A DNA stretch of 64,000 nt from an uncultured delta proteobacterium (GTDB lineage Bacteria > Myxococcota_A > Polyangia > Haliangiales > Haliangiaceae). This document shows, piece by piece, positions 55,379-64,000 of this stretch (position 1 is the first letter of the stretch; each line of letters begins with the position of its first letter). The notes under the pieces were generated by a model that saw nothing but the letters and a program-made list of their open reading frames with translations, was not told the origin of the DNA and searched no databases. The translations under genes and the position numbers were made by a program. The DNA is taken from assembly GCA_963774445.1 (NCBI GenBank), contig CAVZFC010000035.1, positions 133,470 to 197,469 of the forward strand, written 5' to 3'.

Positions 55379-55740
55379 CGCACCCTTCGACTGAGGGGGC
55401 CGCGCGTTGCGCGCCCCCCTCGCTCAGGGTGACCGGCTTGGATGGGCGGCGCGGAAGCGCTGTAGTGCACCCTTCGACTGAGGGGGCCGCGCGTTGCGCG
55501 ACCCCCTCGCTCAGGGTGACCGGCTTGGATGGGCGGCGCGGTCAGCCTGAGAACGGTTGTTTGGGGATGGATAGGGGGCCGGTCACCCTGAGCAGAGCGC
55601 GCGGAGCGCGCGGCGTCGAAGGGTGCAGCCGGTCAGCCTGAGAACGGTTGTTTGGGGATGGATAGGGGGCCGGTCACCCTGAGCAGAGCGCGCGGAGCGC
55701 GCGGCGTCGAAGGGTGCAGCCGGTCAGCCGGCCAGGTCTC
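55379..55740. repeat. Cluster of GC-rich palindromic elements: two direct copies of element A (period 88, starting near 55379 and 55467) followed by two copies (period 92, starting near 55541 and 55633) of an inverted, diverged version. It fills the convergent intergenic region.
   Basis: A reads gcacccttcgactgagggggccgcgcgttgcgcg.cccc.tcgctcagggtgaccggcttggatgggcggcgcgg. B reads gtcagcctgagaacggttgtttggggatggatagggggccggtcaccctgagcagagcgcgcggagcgcgcggcgtcgaagggtgcagccg, and its reverse complement contains gcacccttcgac..ctcagggtgaccggc. Each unit is itself hairpin-forming (GAGGGGGCCGCGCG/CGCGCCCCCCTC). Confidence 0.8.
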
Positions 55741-57022
55741 CCTGGCGGAAGCGGGTCACCTGCGAGATCGACGGGTTGATGTCGATCGAGCCGCCGCGGG
55801 CGTTGATGACCATGAGATCGCGCTGGCGGATCCAGGCCAGGAGGCCGATGACCTCGCCGACCAGCGGGATGCCGCAGGCGCTGGCGATGGCCGCCCCGGG
55901 TGAGCCGGGCGGCACTGGCGCCTCGCTGGCGATCGCCTTGATGCCGCGGGCCGCCGCCGCCAGGGCGGTGAAGGCGCCCACGCGCGGGCAGGCCAGCACG
56001 TTGCCCCGGGCCAGGAAGCGGTGGTCCCGCGCGCGCGCCATGATCAGCACGCACAGATCCTCCAGCTCGCGCGCGCGCTCGTCGAGCACCTCCTGCAGGT
56101 CGCCGCTGCCGGACACGACGTAGGGCACCCGCGCGTAGTCGCGCGCCACCCGCTCGAGCCCGGCCGCCAGCCCCAGCCGCTCGACCTCGTCCAGGGTGCG
56201 GTCGCGGAAGCGATGGTCGGCCAGCACCAGCTGCAGGTTGGCCAGCGCGCGCTCGACCGACGGGTCGCGGTGCTTGCGCAGCTGCTTGCGCACGCGATCC
56301 AGATCGCGCTGCAGGCTCTCCAGCCCGCCGGCCGCGGCCAGGCGCGGGCTCGGGTGCACGGTCGAGGCGTCGTCGGTCGCGGTCAGCGAGGGCAGGGTGA
56401 CCGCGCGTCCCATCGCCGCCCCCTGCACCACCGGCAGGCCGCGCAGCCTGACCGAGCGGCCGTTGGGCTCGCCGCGCTCGCGCCGCCGCTCGAGATCGAT
56501 CGCCGAGGCAAACGGCGCCGCCAGCGCGGTCGCCAGCGTGACCTCGGCGGACTCGAAGCCCTCGGCGTCGCCGCGCTGGAACACCAGCACGCCCACCGAC
56601 GCGCCGCCGTGGACCAGCGGCACCCCGAGGAAGGCGGGGAAGCGCTCTTCGCCCAGGCCCGGGATGTGTTTGTAGCGGGCGTCGCTGCGGGCGACCGCCG
56701 CCGTCACCGGGCGCAGGCACTCGGCGACGAAGCCGGTGATCCCCTCGCCGATGCGCAGCCGCGCGATGCCGATCGATCCGGCGGGAAAGCCGATGTTGCC
56801 GCGCATCACCAGCAGGTCGCCGTCGGCGCCGCGCTCGCGCACGTAGACGCTGACCACGTCGACCCCGGCGATGCGTCCGGCGTCGGCGCACATCGCCGAC
56901 AGCTTGTCCTCCAGTGGCGCGTTCTGCGCCGACTTCTCGATGAGCCGGAGGATGCCATCGATCCCTCGATCGCCGGCCGCGTGCACGTGGATGCGGAGGC
57001 CCGCCAGCGCTGGTTCGTTCAT
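55724..57022 (-). CDS. GAF domain protein with a PEP-utilizing-enzyme mobile domain. It looks like the N-terminal part of PtsP (EI-Ntr) but lacks the PEP-binding barrel.
   Basis: GAF-like N-terminus (..DVVSVYVRERGADGDLLVMRGNIGF..GEGITGFVAE..). C-terminal AFTALAAAARGIKAIASEAPVPPGSPGAAIASACGIPLVGEV resembles the PEP-utilizers swivel domain. Confidence 0.55.
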   Translation of the reverse strand: MNEPALAGLRIHVHAAGDRGIDGILRLIEKSAQNAPLEDKLSAMCADAGRIAGVDVVSVYVRERGADGDLLVMRGNIGFPAGSIGIARLRIGEGITGFVAECLRPVTAAVARSDARYKHIPGLGEERFPAFLGVPLVHGGASVGVLVFQRGDAEGFESAEVTLATALAAPFASAIDLERRRERGEPNGRSVRLRGLPVVQGAAMGRAVTLPSLTATDDASTVHPSPRLAAAGGLESLQRDLDRVRKQLRKHRDPSVERALANLQLVLADHRFRDRTLDEVERLGLAAGLERVARDYARVPYVVSGSGDLQEVLDERARELEDLCVLIMARARDHRFLARGNVLACPRVGAFTALAAAARGIKAIASEAPVPPGSPGAAIASACGIPLVGEVIGLLAWIRQRDLMVINARGGSIDINPSISQVTRFRQGDLAG

Positions 57023-57102
57023 GGAAAGCCACGGTAGCAGTGGCGTGTTTCCACCCGGTTTCAGGGATGGAAACAGCCGGCAACAGCCTCTACCATCCGT
57101 CC

Positions 57103-58456
57103 ATGCCCGAGCGCGACGACGGCGACGACGCCCCTGATGGGATCAAGCACGGCTGGGGGAGCCGCGCCGCGTCCACCGCGCGCGTGGCCGGCTCGGCCGC
57201 GCGTCTGGCCGGGCGCCGGCTGCTGCGCCGCCGGGAGGGCGAGGCGGAGCAGAAGATCGGCGAGCGCATGGCCCGCGAGTTGGACGGGATGAAGGGCCTG
57301 GCCATGAAGCTCGGCCAGGTGTTGTCGTACATGGACGGCGCCCTGCCCGAGGGCACCCAGGCCGCGCTGCGATCCCTGCAGCAGGGGGCCTCGCCGGTGG
57401 CGTTCGCGACCATGGCGGCGGTGATCGAGGCGGCGTTCGACGCGCCGCTGGCCGCGCTGTTCGACGACTTCGACGCGAATCCGGTGGCGGCCGCGTCGAT
57501 AGGTCAGGTCTACCGCGCCCGTGTCGGCGGCCGCCCGGTTGCGGTCAAGGTGCAGTACCCGAGGGTGCGCCAGACCATGGAGGCCGACTTCGCCCGGGTC
57601 CGCCGGCTCTCGCGCATGGCCTCGGTTTTCACCGCCGTCGACGGCCCGGCCATCGCCGACGAGCTGCGCGCGCGGGTCACCGAAGAGTGCGACTACCCGC
57701 GCGAGGGCGCCCACCAGGCAGCGTTCGCCCGCGCCTTTGCCGACGACCCGGCGGTGATCGTGCCCGAGGTGATCGCCGAGCGCACGCGCGGGCCGGTGCT
57801 GACCACGGCGTGGCACGACGGTGTCGGCTTCTACGACGTCGCCGATCGCGCCTCGGCCGACGAGCGCAACGCCCTGGGCCAGGTGCTGGCGCGCTTCCCC
57901 TACCGATCGATGTACGCCCACGGCATCATCAACGCCGACCCGCACCCGGGCAACTACCTCTTTCCCGGTCGCGGCCGGGTCGTGTTTCTCGACTTCGGCT
58001 GCGTGCGCCGCTTCGAGCCCGACTTCCTCGCGGCCGAGCGGCGGCTCACTCGCGTCGTCATCGACGACCGCCGCGATCAGTTTCGCGACGCGGTGATGGC
58101 CACCGGCATGGTGCCCAAGCCCAAGCGCTTCGACTTCGACATCCACTGGGCGATGCTGTGCCACCAGCTGGCGCCGTACCGCAGCCCGCAGTTTCGTTTC
58201 ACCGCCGAGCACCTGCGCGAAGGCGCCCGCTTCACCGGCCCGTCCAACCCCAACCTCCGGCGTCTGGCGATTCCCCCGGCCTGGATTCTGGTTGCAGCGG
58301 CTGCAGTGGGGGCTGCACGCCGTGCTCACCCGGCTCGAGGCCGAGGGGCCGTTCGCCGACATCCTGCGCGCCGCGCTCGACGCGCCGCTCGAGCCGCTCG
58401 CGGCTCCGGCGCTGGACGGCCGGCTCAGCGAGCCTGCGCAGCCGGTTGGGTCGTGA
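57103..58456 (+). CDS. ubiB: UbiB/ABC1-family atypical kinase, with an apparent frameshift near 58290.
   Basis: AASIGQVYRARVGGRPVAVKVQYP, HGIINADPHPGNYLF, VFLDFGCV. The C-terminus continues in the +1 frame as LQRLQWGLHAVLTRLEAEGPFADILRAALDAPLEPL..., ending at the TGA at 58454-58456. Confidence 0.75.
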
Positions 58457-58835
58457 GCTGCGAGTCGATCCAGCGGGCGTAGCTCTGCCGCGCGTCCGCG
58501 TCGGCGACCTGGAGCAGGAAGCGCCCGCCAAAGTCGGAGCTTTCGCCGTCGTTGTGCCGGCACCAGAGCAGGGCAACCGGCAGCGACAGCCTCTGCCCGT
58601 CCAGCGTGAACGTCATCGTCAGGTGCGCCGACGCGCCGAGCGGGAGCTCGTACCGCTCGTCGGTCGCCAGCCGAAGCCCATTGCGCGACAGCGAGGCCAC
58701 GCGGGCGCGGACGCGCTGTGCCGGCATGCGTCCGCCATCCGACGTGGCGCGGCTGGGCAGCTCCAGCAGTGCGGGAAGTTCGACAGGGACCCGGGAGAAT
58801 TGGCGGCGTCCATCCGGCATCTGCTGGCAAAACAT
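58425..58835 (-). CDS. PilZ domain protein.
   Basis: MFCQQMPDGRRQFSRVPVELPALLEL... fits the RxxxR / D.S.GG-type PilZ layout. High GC3. Its 3' end overlaps ubiB convergently by about 30 nt. Confidence 0.55.
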   Translation of the reverse strand: MFCQQMPDGRRQFSRVPVELPALLELPSRATSDGGRMPAQRVRARVASLSRNGLRLATDERYELPLGASAHLTMTFTLDGQRLSLPVALLWCRHNDGESSDFGGRFLLQVADADARQSYARWIDSQLTTQPAAQAR

Positions 58836-58893
58836 TAGCACGCCCTGGTTCGGTGACAAGCCTTACCGGTTCGGGGGTGGTCGGACCTTCGTC

Positions 58894-59646
58894 TCATCGC
58901 GTCACGGCCTTCGCCCGGGTCCACATTCTGATCCGGCTCAGCCACTCCACGACCGGGTTAGGAAGTCGCCGAACCAGCTCCCTGCGCGCGCGAAACCACC
59001 TGGGCGCGAGGTCCGGCACCGGAGAGGCCTCCGGGATCCGGGTCCGGAGCAGGGCTGGAGGGAGCTCCGAGCGGGCCGCGCCGCTCACATAGAGCAGCGT
59101 GTTGAAGCGGTACCACGGCTCGATCTCGGTCCGGGCGCAGACCTGCGGCCGCACCCAGTCGAAGCAGGCGTAGCCGCGCGCGGCAAATTGGCGCCGCCAG
59201 TAGTCGTACGGCTGCTCGTTGACGTGTCCGGTGCCTCCCTGGCCCGGCGGCGCCGCGGAGAAGAGGATCAGATCTCCGTGTGCGCACAGGCTGTCGACGA
59301 AAGTGCCGGCCGCGCTCGCGGGCAGGTGCTCGGCGACCTCCAGCGACTGCACCAGGTCGAAGCGGCGCCCCAGCGCGAGCGGCGCCGCGAGGTCGGCGGC
59401 GCGATGCTCGCCCTGGGCGATCTGCAGCGCGTTGCGATCGACGTAGTCGCCGTCGACGCCGACCACGTCGGTGGCGCCGAGCTCCTTCCAGACCGCGAGC
59501 CAGCCGCCGCGGCCGCAGCCGACGTCCAGGACCGAGCGCGGGGCGAGCGCCTGGGCGACCACCGGCAACAGCGCCCGCGCCGAACGCAGGGCCTGCTCGT
59601 CGGTGTAGGCGAAGAACGTTTCGTCGTATCGCCGGCCGCGGCTCAC
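58894..59646 (-). CDS. Class I SAM-dependent methyltransferase.
   Basis: Motif I VLDVGCGRGGW. An acidic post-I motif. GTG start at 59646. The track ORF extends further upstream with an implausible N-terminus. Confidence 0.7.
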   Translation of the reverse strand: MSRGRRYDETFFAYTDEQALRSARALLPVVAQALAPRSVLDVGCGRGGWLAVWKELGATDVVGVDGDYVDRNALQIAQGEHRAADLAAPLALGRRFDLVQSLEVAEHLPASAAGTFVDSLCAHGDLILFSAAPPGQGGTGHVNEQPYDYWRRQFAARGYACFDWVRPQVCARTEIEPWYRFNTLLYVSGAARSELPPALLRTRIPEASPVPDLAPRWFRARRELVRRLPNPVVEWLSRIRMWTRAKAVTR

Positions 59647-59662
59647 CGCGACCAGCCTATCA

Positions 59663-60694
59663 TCACAGGACCAGGGGGCCGCCGCAGCCGTAGTCGACCT
59701 TGACCGCGCCGACCGCGCCCGACTGCAGTTGATCGCAGCTGTTGCCGTAGAGGAGCACGCTGTTGGTCGCGGCATCGTAGTCCCAGCCGTCGGCGTGGCT
59801 GGGGCTGCGCGGGACCGCGGTGCCGTCGAAGAAGACGCCCAGCTTGGCCGGATCGTCCGGCGTGGTCACCAGCCCGATGGTGCACGGGGGCACGCTGATC
59901 TGGCCGGCGATGGCGTCGAGGGCGGCGTCGAGCTGGGCCGGCGAGGTGGCCGCGTAGTACATGCCGGTCTGGCCTGCCTGGGCCATGGCCTGCAGGGTGG
60001 TGGGGTCGCTGACCACGGCGTCGCCGAAGCCGAGCACGAACGTCTTGACGCCGGCCGACGCCAGCGCGCCGATCGCGGCGACCGACTGGTTGATGGTCGG
60101 CACCGACGAGTCGTTGGGGTCGCCGCAGTTGGGCTGGCCGTCGGTCGCCAGCAGCACGAAGCGACCATTGGGGTTGGTCGGAATCGACTGGAAGTACGAC
60201 TGCGCCGCCTGCACGGTGATGTCGGTCGGGGTGCCGCCTTCCGGCGCGGTCGCCAGCAGCGCGGCGGTGATGGCGATGCCGCTGTTGGCGCCGATGGGCG
60301 CGCGCAGCGACCCGGCCGCGCACGAGTTGTCGGCGGGGAAGGTCATCAGACCGAAGTTGACGCCGCCGCCGCCGTACTGGTTGACGATGCCGATCAGCGC
60401 CTGCTGCATCACCGTCCACTTGGGCTGACCGTTGCCCAGCTTCTCGCCCATCGATCCCGACTTGTCAACCACGAGGAGAAGATCGGGAGGCTGAGGCGGG
60501 ACGATCTGAATCGGCTGGACCTGATCGCACACCGCGGCGTCGGCGCCGCCGCCGCCGGGACCCGCGTCGGGACCGCCGCCACCACCGCCACCACCGCCGC
60601 CACCCCCGCCCGCGCCCCCGCCGATATCGGCCGTGCAGCCGGCCAGCATCATCGCCGCACCAAAGGTCAGTCCAAGGCCAATCTTCGCGTTCAT
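59663..60694 (-). CDS. vWA-domain lipoprotein with a poly-Gly linker.
   Basis: Signal/lipobox MNAKIGLGLTFGAAMMLAGC. GGGAGGGGGGGGGGGGG linker. MIDAS motif LVVDKSGSMG, then LLATDGQPN. Confidence 0.75.
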   Translation of the reverse strand: MNAKIGLGLTFGAAMMLAGCTADIGGGAGGGGGGGGGGGGGPDAGPGGGGADAAVCDQVQPIQIVPPQPPDLLLVVDKSGSMGEKLGNGQPKWTVMQQALIGIVNQYGGGGVNFGLMTFPADNSCAAGSLRAPIGANSGIAITAALLATAPEGGTPTDITVQAAQSYFQSIPTNPNGRFVLLATDGQPNCGDPNDSSVPTINQSVAAIGALASAGVKTFVLGFGDAVVSDPTTLQAMAQAGQTGMYYAATSPAQLDAALDAIAGQISVPPCTIGLVTTPDDPAKLGVFFDGTAVPRSPSHADGWDYDAATNSVLLYGNSCDQLQSGAVGAVKVDYGCGGPLVL

Positions 60695-60867
60695 CACGGC
60701 GCGGTATTGCAAGGGCGGGGCCACCGCAGACGCCCTGTTTTGCCCCATTTGTGCGTCGATTCCCGCTCTCTGCGGGTGGGGGGCGACTCCCACGGCCGCT
60801 AGGGTCATCCCACCTCACGAAACCGAAGTTGCACGCTGAGCCGACCTCGTCAGATCAGGATCGACCC

Positions 60868-61368
60868 GTGACTACGACCGTTCGCCTCGTCGCCTCTCTC
60901 ATCGTTCTTTCGTTCGTCGCCAGCGCCCTCGGCTGCAGCGACCCGGCCGACGTCGCCGGTGACTACTCGGTCGCGCTGACCAACCGCGAGAACGGGTGCG
61001 ACTTCGCCAACTGGACGGTCGGTGACATGTCGAGCAACATCCCGGTCACGATCACCCAGGATGGGTCGTCGGTGTCGGCGACCGTCGGCGGCGGTGGCGC
61101 GGTGGTTCTGGACCTCGCCCTGGGCTCGCACGTCTACCAGGGCAACGTCAACGGCTCGCACATCAAGGCGACCATCTTCGGCAACCGCTCGGCGACCGAC
61201 GGCAACTGCACGTACACCTACAACAGCACCTTCGACGCCGACGCCGACGGCGATTTCCTCACGGGAGAGATCCGATACACGCCGGCGACCAACGGCAACC
61301 CCGACTGCGCCGCCATCGAAGGTTGTGTGAATCGCCAGGAGTTCAACGGCAACCGCCCACCGCAGTGA
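60868..61368 (+). CDS. Hypothetical lipoprotein.
   Basis: GTG start. VTTTVRLVASLIVLSFVASALGC lipobox. Cys-containing beta-rich mature part. Confidence 0.5.
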   Translation: MTTTVRLVASLIVLSFVASALGCSDPADVAGDYSVALTNRENGCDFANWTVGDMSSNIPVTITQDGSSVSATVGGGGAVVLDLALGSHVYQGNVNGSHIKATIFGNRSATDGNCTYTYNSTFDADADGDFLTGEIRYTPATNGNPDCAAIEGCVNRQEFNGNRPPQ

Positions 61369-61411
61369 CGTGTTCTTCGTCGCAATGTGACGTTCGTGTT
61401 ACGCTAGGTGG

Positions 61412-62383
61412 GTGGTTTGGGTTGATCGCGCGAGCTGGCTGACGTCGATCGTCGCCGCTTGTGCCGCCATCGCCACAGGCTGCGTGGCCGACGAGTCGTC
61501 GTGCCTCCCCGGCGAGTGCGCCGTCTCTCCGCAGACCCCCGGCTTCGACGCCACCCTGGTGGTCAGCGACCGGGCCGCCGACGCGGTGCTCCTGTTCGAC
61601 ACCGCCGGGCGCGCCGTGCGCCGGGTAGTGCCGGACGAACGCGGCGACGGGGGCCCGATCGACCGGCCGTCGAGCGTCCGCTTCGACGCGCTCGGGCACA
61701 TGTATCTGGCCAACTTCGGCCACGGCGAAATCCTCGAGTACGTCGAGCCGGCTGGCCGCTTCGACCGGGTCTTCTATGCCGATTCGTGGTGGCTGCAGGA
61801 GCCGGTCAACCTGATCTTCCACGGCACCGAGCTGTTCGTCCTGGGCAACGACACGCAGAACGTCGTCGTCCTCGACCGCAGCGGCGCCCTGGTGCGAGAG
61901 TTCGGCCGCGAAGAGGTGCGCCGCCCGCACGGCTTCGTCTTCGGCAGCGAGGGCGAGCTGTTCATCGCCACCTCGTGGGACGGCAACGCGCCCGGCATGA
62001 TCCAGGTCTGGGACCCGGAGCAGGGGACCCTGATCGGCCGGTTCGGCGACGCAGCCGACCTCGACGACGCGACCGGCCTGGCAATCGGCCCCGACCGGAT
62101 GCTCTACGTCGTCGACTACTACCGCGCGCGCATCCTCCGCTACGATCCGCTCGACCGCGTGCTGGTCAACGTCTTCTTCGACCAACCCGGCGTGCTCGAC
62201 GGCCCCGTCGCGCTTACGTTCGGACCGGGCGGCGACCTGTACGTCGCCGCGGCCAACGGCATCCACCGGATCCACGCCGACGGCAGCTACGGCGGCCTGT
62301 TCGTCGCCCCCGGCACCGGCGGCCTCAGCGGCCCGCGCGGCCTGCTGTGGCGCTACGGCGAAGCCGCCACCCGCCTCCGGTGA
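61412..62383 (+). CDS. Lipoprotein with an NHL / six-bladed beta-propeller (SMP-30-like) domain.
   Basis: Lipobox AACAAIATGC. Repeated ..P.G..F...G.LYVA.. blades (HMYLANFGHGEILEY, ELFIATSWDGNAPGMIQVWD, MLYVVDYYRARILRYD, DLYVAAANGIHRI). Confidence 0.55.
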   Translation: MVWVDRASWLTSIVAACAAIATGCVADESSCLPGECAVSPQTPGFDATLVVSDRAADAVLLFDTAGRAVRRVVPDERGDGGPIDRPSSVRFDALGHMYLANFGHGEILEYVEPAGRFDRVFYADSWWLQEPVNLIFHGTELFVLGNDTQNVVVLDRSGALVREFGREEVRRPHGFVFGSEGELFIATSWDGNAPGMIQVWDPEQGTLIGRFGDAADLDDATGLAIGPDRMLYVVDYYRARILRYDPLDRVLVNVFFDQPGVLDGPVALTFGPGGDLYVAAANGIHRIHADGSYGGLFVAPGTGGLSGPRGLLWRYGEAATRLR

Positions 62384-62589
62384 GCGCCTCGTGCGCGCGC
62401 GACGCCTGAGCCGATGACCCCGCCGCCCGGCCCGGCGCGACCGCCGGCTGCTCCCGGCGGCCCACTCCCGGATGGTGCGACGGCGCCGGCACACATGTGG
62501 GCGACAATGGCCGGTGACTCCTCAGAGAGTCACTCCAGCTCGGAGGACGGCGACACTCTTCCGTAGCCCAGCTCCTTTTACTCGACACC

Positions 62590-62628
62590 GAGGCCCGTGG
62601 GTGAAGTCGCCGGCGGGCCTCCTTTTGT
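62590..62628 (+). terminator. Rho-independent-like terminator: 8-bp GC stem (GAGGCCCG / CGGGCCTC), 16-nt loop, then CTTTTGT.
   Basis: gaggcccgtgggtgaagtcgccggcgggcctccttttgt, about 200 nt downstream of the NHL lipoprotein gene. Confidence 0.5.
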
Positions 62629-62908
62629 CCGGAGCCGGGGATCGCGATGTGAGGGCGCGTGGGGATTCTGCGCTCAAGCTTTGCCGGGGTTGTCCGAGTA
62701 GACGGAAGCCACCGCGAGGAGCCCTCCGCATCCTAGCCGGCCCCGCGGGCCACAACTACATGGAACTACAGTGGAATACGTTGAGGGGCTGGCCCCGGAG
62801 GGCTATTCTCTCTACAGCGGGGCTTTCCCTCCAAGCTGCGCCGAAACTGATCGGTGATCGATTCTGGCGCTGTCGGTTCCCCCGAACAGCAGCCGTGGAG
62901 AACTCCTG

Positions 62909-64000
62909 ATGTCTAGCGACCGTCCCTCCGTGGCTGTGATCGTCGAGGGTGACCACACCGAGATCGCAGAGTCCCTGTCGCGTGTGGCCGATCCGATCCG
63001 CTTCAGCAGTGAGGCGGACCTCCTGCAGGCGGCAGACGGTCACGCCTTCCATCAGGTCGTAGCGTCGCCGTCGCACTGCACCAACGCCTTCCTGGCCGCG
63101 ATCGAGCAGGCGTTTGGCCCAGGAGCAGCCGCGTTCTGGTACGACAAGGCGCAGGAGTCGAAGCTCACCGCGGCGGCCGGACACAAGCACGTGTTCCACG
63201 TGCTGCCTTCGGCCGATGATCCCGCGTTCCTCGAGGCTGCCACGCAGTGGCTTCGGCCGCGCGGGTCGGTGCGCGTGGTGGTCTCCGGCGTGACCTGTGA
63301 GCTGACCCTGGCCGGGGGGCGCCGATTCACCGGCGAGCTTCTGGACGCCTCGCCCTTTGGGCTCCAGCTCGTCGTGCCCCACGCCAGCCTGGGAGGCACG
63401 CTGTTCCCGGGCGCGCGGGTTGGCGACCTCACGCTGCGCCGCGGCGGCGACGTCATCCTCGACCGCGTCAACGGAATCGTACGTCACTGCGCCGTCCGGC
63501 GCAGCGCGACAGATTCGAAGATCGACGCCTATCAGCTCGGCATCGAGTTGGTGCCGGGCGCTCCGCGGACCCAGCACGGGCCTAGCCATCGGACGATCCG
63601 CGATCGCATGCAGCTCATCGGCTATCTGCGCAACGCCGTCGGCTACTCGGAGATCACCGTTCGCGGAATGAACGAGCCCGAGCTCTTCACCACCTGCAAC
63701 GAAGGGCGCCTCGATGTCGATGAAGGCGTCATCCACTTGCGCGGCGACTTGCCTCAGACTCTTCGTGACTTTGATACCCTCGAGCTGTCGTTCGACCTGT
63801 GGGGCAAGAACTACAGCTTCGCGGCCACGCTGCTCTCGCATGGCGAGTTGCCCGACTTCTCGGTCCGCATGCCGCGCGTGTTGATCGAACGCGCGAGTCG
63901 AGAGGTTGCGCGGTTCAAACCGGCCGGTGGCGTGCGAATCGCCGCGCTCCTGTCTTCTCCTTTTCCCGGCGTCGCCCCCATCGAGGCCGGCATCCTGGAT
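62909..64000 (+). CDS. Multi-PilZ-domain protein. This is the 5' portion; the ORF is open to the window end.
   Basis: ATG at 62909 with GGAGAA 9 nt upstream. An uninterrupted frame of more than 360 codons runs to the window end. It is absent from the ORF track because it runs off the window edge. There are two PilZ-like blocks (..RVVVSGVTCELTLAGGRRFTGELLDASPFGLQLVV.. and ..EITVRGMNEPELFTTCNEGRLDVDEGVIHLRGDL..). Confidence 0.55.
   Translation, partial: MSSDRPSVAVIVEGDHTEIAESLSRVADPIRFSSEADLLQAADGHAFHQVVASPSHCTNAFLAAIEQAFGPGAAAFWYDKAQESKLTAAAGHKHVFHVLPSADDPAFLEAATQWLRPRGSVRVVVSGVTCELTLAGGRRFTGELLDASPFGLQLVVPHASLGGTLFPGARVGDLTLRRGGDVILDRVNGIVRHCAVRRSATDSKIDAYQLGIELVPGAPRTQHGPSHRTIRDRMQLIGYLRNAVGYSEITVRGMNEPELFTTCNEGRLDVDEGVIHLRGDLPQTLRDFDTLELSFDLWGKNYSFAATLLSHGELPDFSVRMPRVLIERASREVARFKPAGGVRIAALLSSPFPGVAPIEAGILD

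Noticed and set aside
55159-55641. 160-aa ORF with internally repeated peptide (HPSTEGAARCA..SLRVTGLDGRRG twice)
   Set aside because: It is a translation of the tandem palindromic DNA repeats. There is no RBS and the composition is not coding-like. The repeats are non-coding.
55379-55740. Possible CRISPR array
   Set aside because: The units are 88-92 bp, occur as two direct plus two inverted copies, and have no unique spacers. No cas genes are in the window. This is a REP/MITE-like palindromic cluster.
62758-62790. ECF-sigma-like GGAAC ... CGTT motif upstream of the multi-PilZ gene
   Set aside because: The spacer is about 13 nt, which does not fit known ECF (16-18 nt) spacing. It is a single weak match.
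62756-63841. 361-aa minus-strand ORF
   Set aside because: It is antisense to a much better plus-strand gene (62909 onwards, RBS plus ATG, PilZ-like blocks, coding-like composition). The minus-frame translation is Arg/Gly-rich noise.

Overview
This is a high-GC (about 70%) bacterial chromosomal segment, almost certainly from a myxobacterium (Myxococcales). The evidence is a protein ending in a MYXO-CTERM sorting signal, several eukaryotic-like Ser/Thr kinases fused to TPR or AAA modules, many PilZ, vWA, BNR and lipoprotein genes, and GC-rich palindromic intergenic repeats. I call about 46 protein-coding genes and no rRNA, tRNA or CRISPR. Gene content in window order, part 1: a 5'-partial Lhr-type DExH helicase, a giant VIT-vWA-TPR-DUF2135 lipoprotein, and a secreted protein carrying a triplicated unknown 100-aa repeat. 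Part 2: a divergent acyl-CoA module (hydrolase and acyl-CoA synthetase facing a thiolase with its DUF35 partner), a papain-fold lipoprotein, and a LolA-like BNR propeller protein. Part 3: an astacin protease containing near-identical 159-bp tandem repeats, a TPR Ser/Thr kinase, and a TetR gene translationally coupled to a C45/Ntn-hydrolase-TPR gene. Part 4: hpf, sixA, an aldo/keto reductase, a kinase-AAA-TPR STAND protein, a PilZ-REC-DUF4388 protein, and two YceI-like genes. Part 5: a phage lambda R-type (GH104) lytic transglycosylase encoded as a lipoprotein, a MacAB-like exporter (ATPase, two FtsX permeases, membrane fusion protein), eda, and a winged-helix / DUF2254 / STAND-NTPase trio. Part 6: a BNR protein with MYXO-CTERM, a HAD hydrolase, a beta-helix lipoprotein, a GAF / PEP-utilizing-domain protein, a UbiB kinase, a PilZ protein and a SAM methyltransferase. 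Part 7: a vWA lipoprotein, an NHL-propeller lipoprotein, and a multi-PilZ protein that runs off the 3' end. Observations that stand out: (1) the lambda-type lysozyme lipoprotein locus; (2) a complex cluster of direct and inverted GC-rich palindromic repeats at 55.4-55.7 kb, with a related perfect 21-bp-stem hairpin at 41.9 kb; (3) at least six otherwise intact genes are split by single +/-1 frameshifts, which most likely means the assembly has indel errors, so the six-frame track under-represents real genes; (4) a consensus sigma70 promoter overlapped by two tandem palindromic operators in front of the TetR gene; (5) recently expanded 159-bp in-frame repeats inside the astacin gene. All calls rest on motif-level reading of translations. 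No database search was possible.
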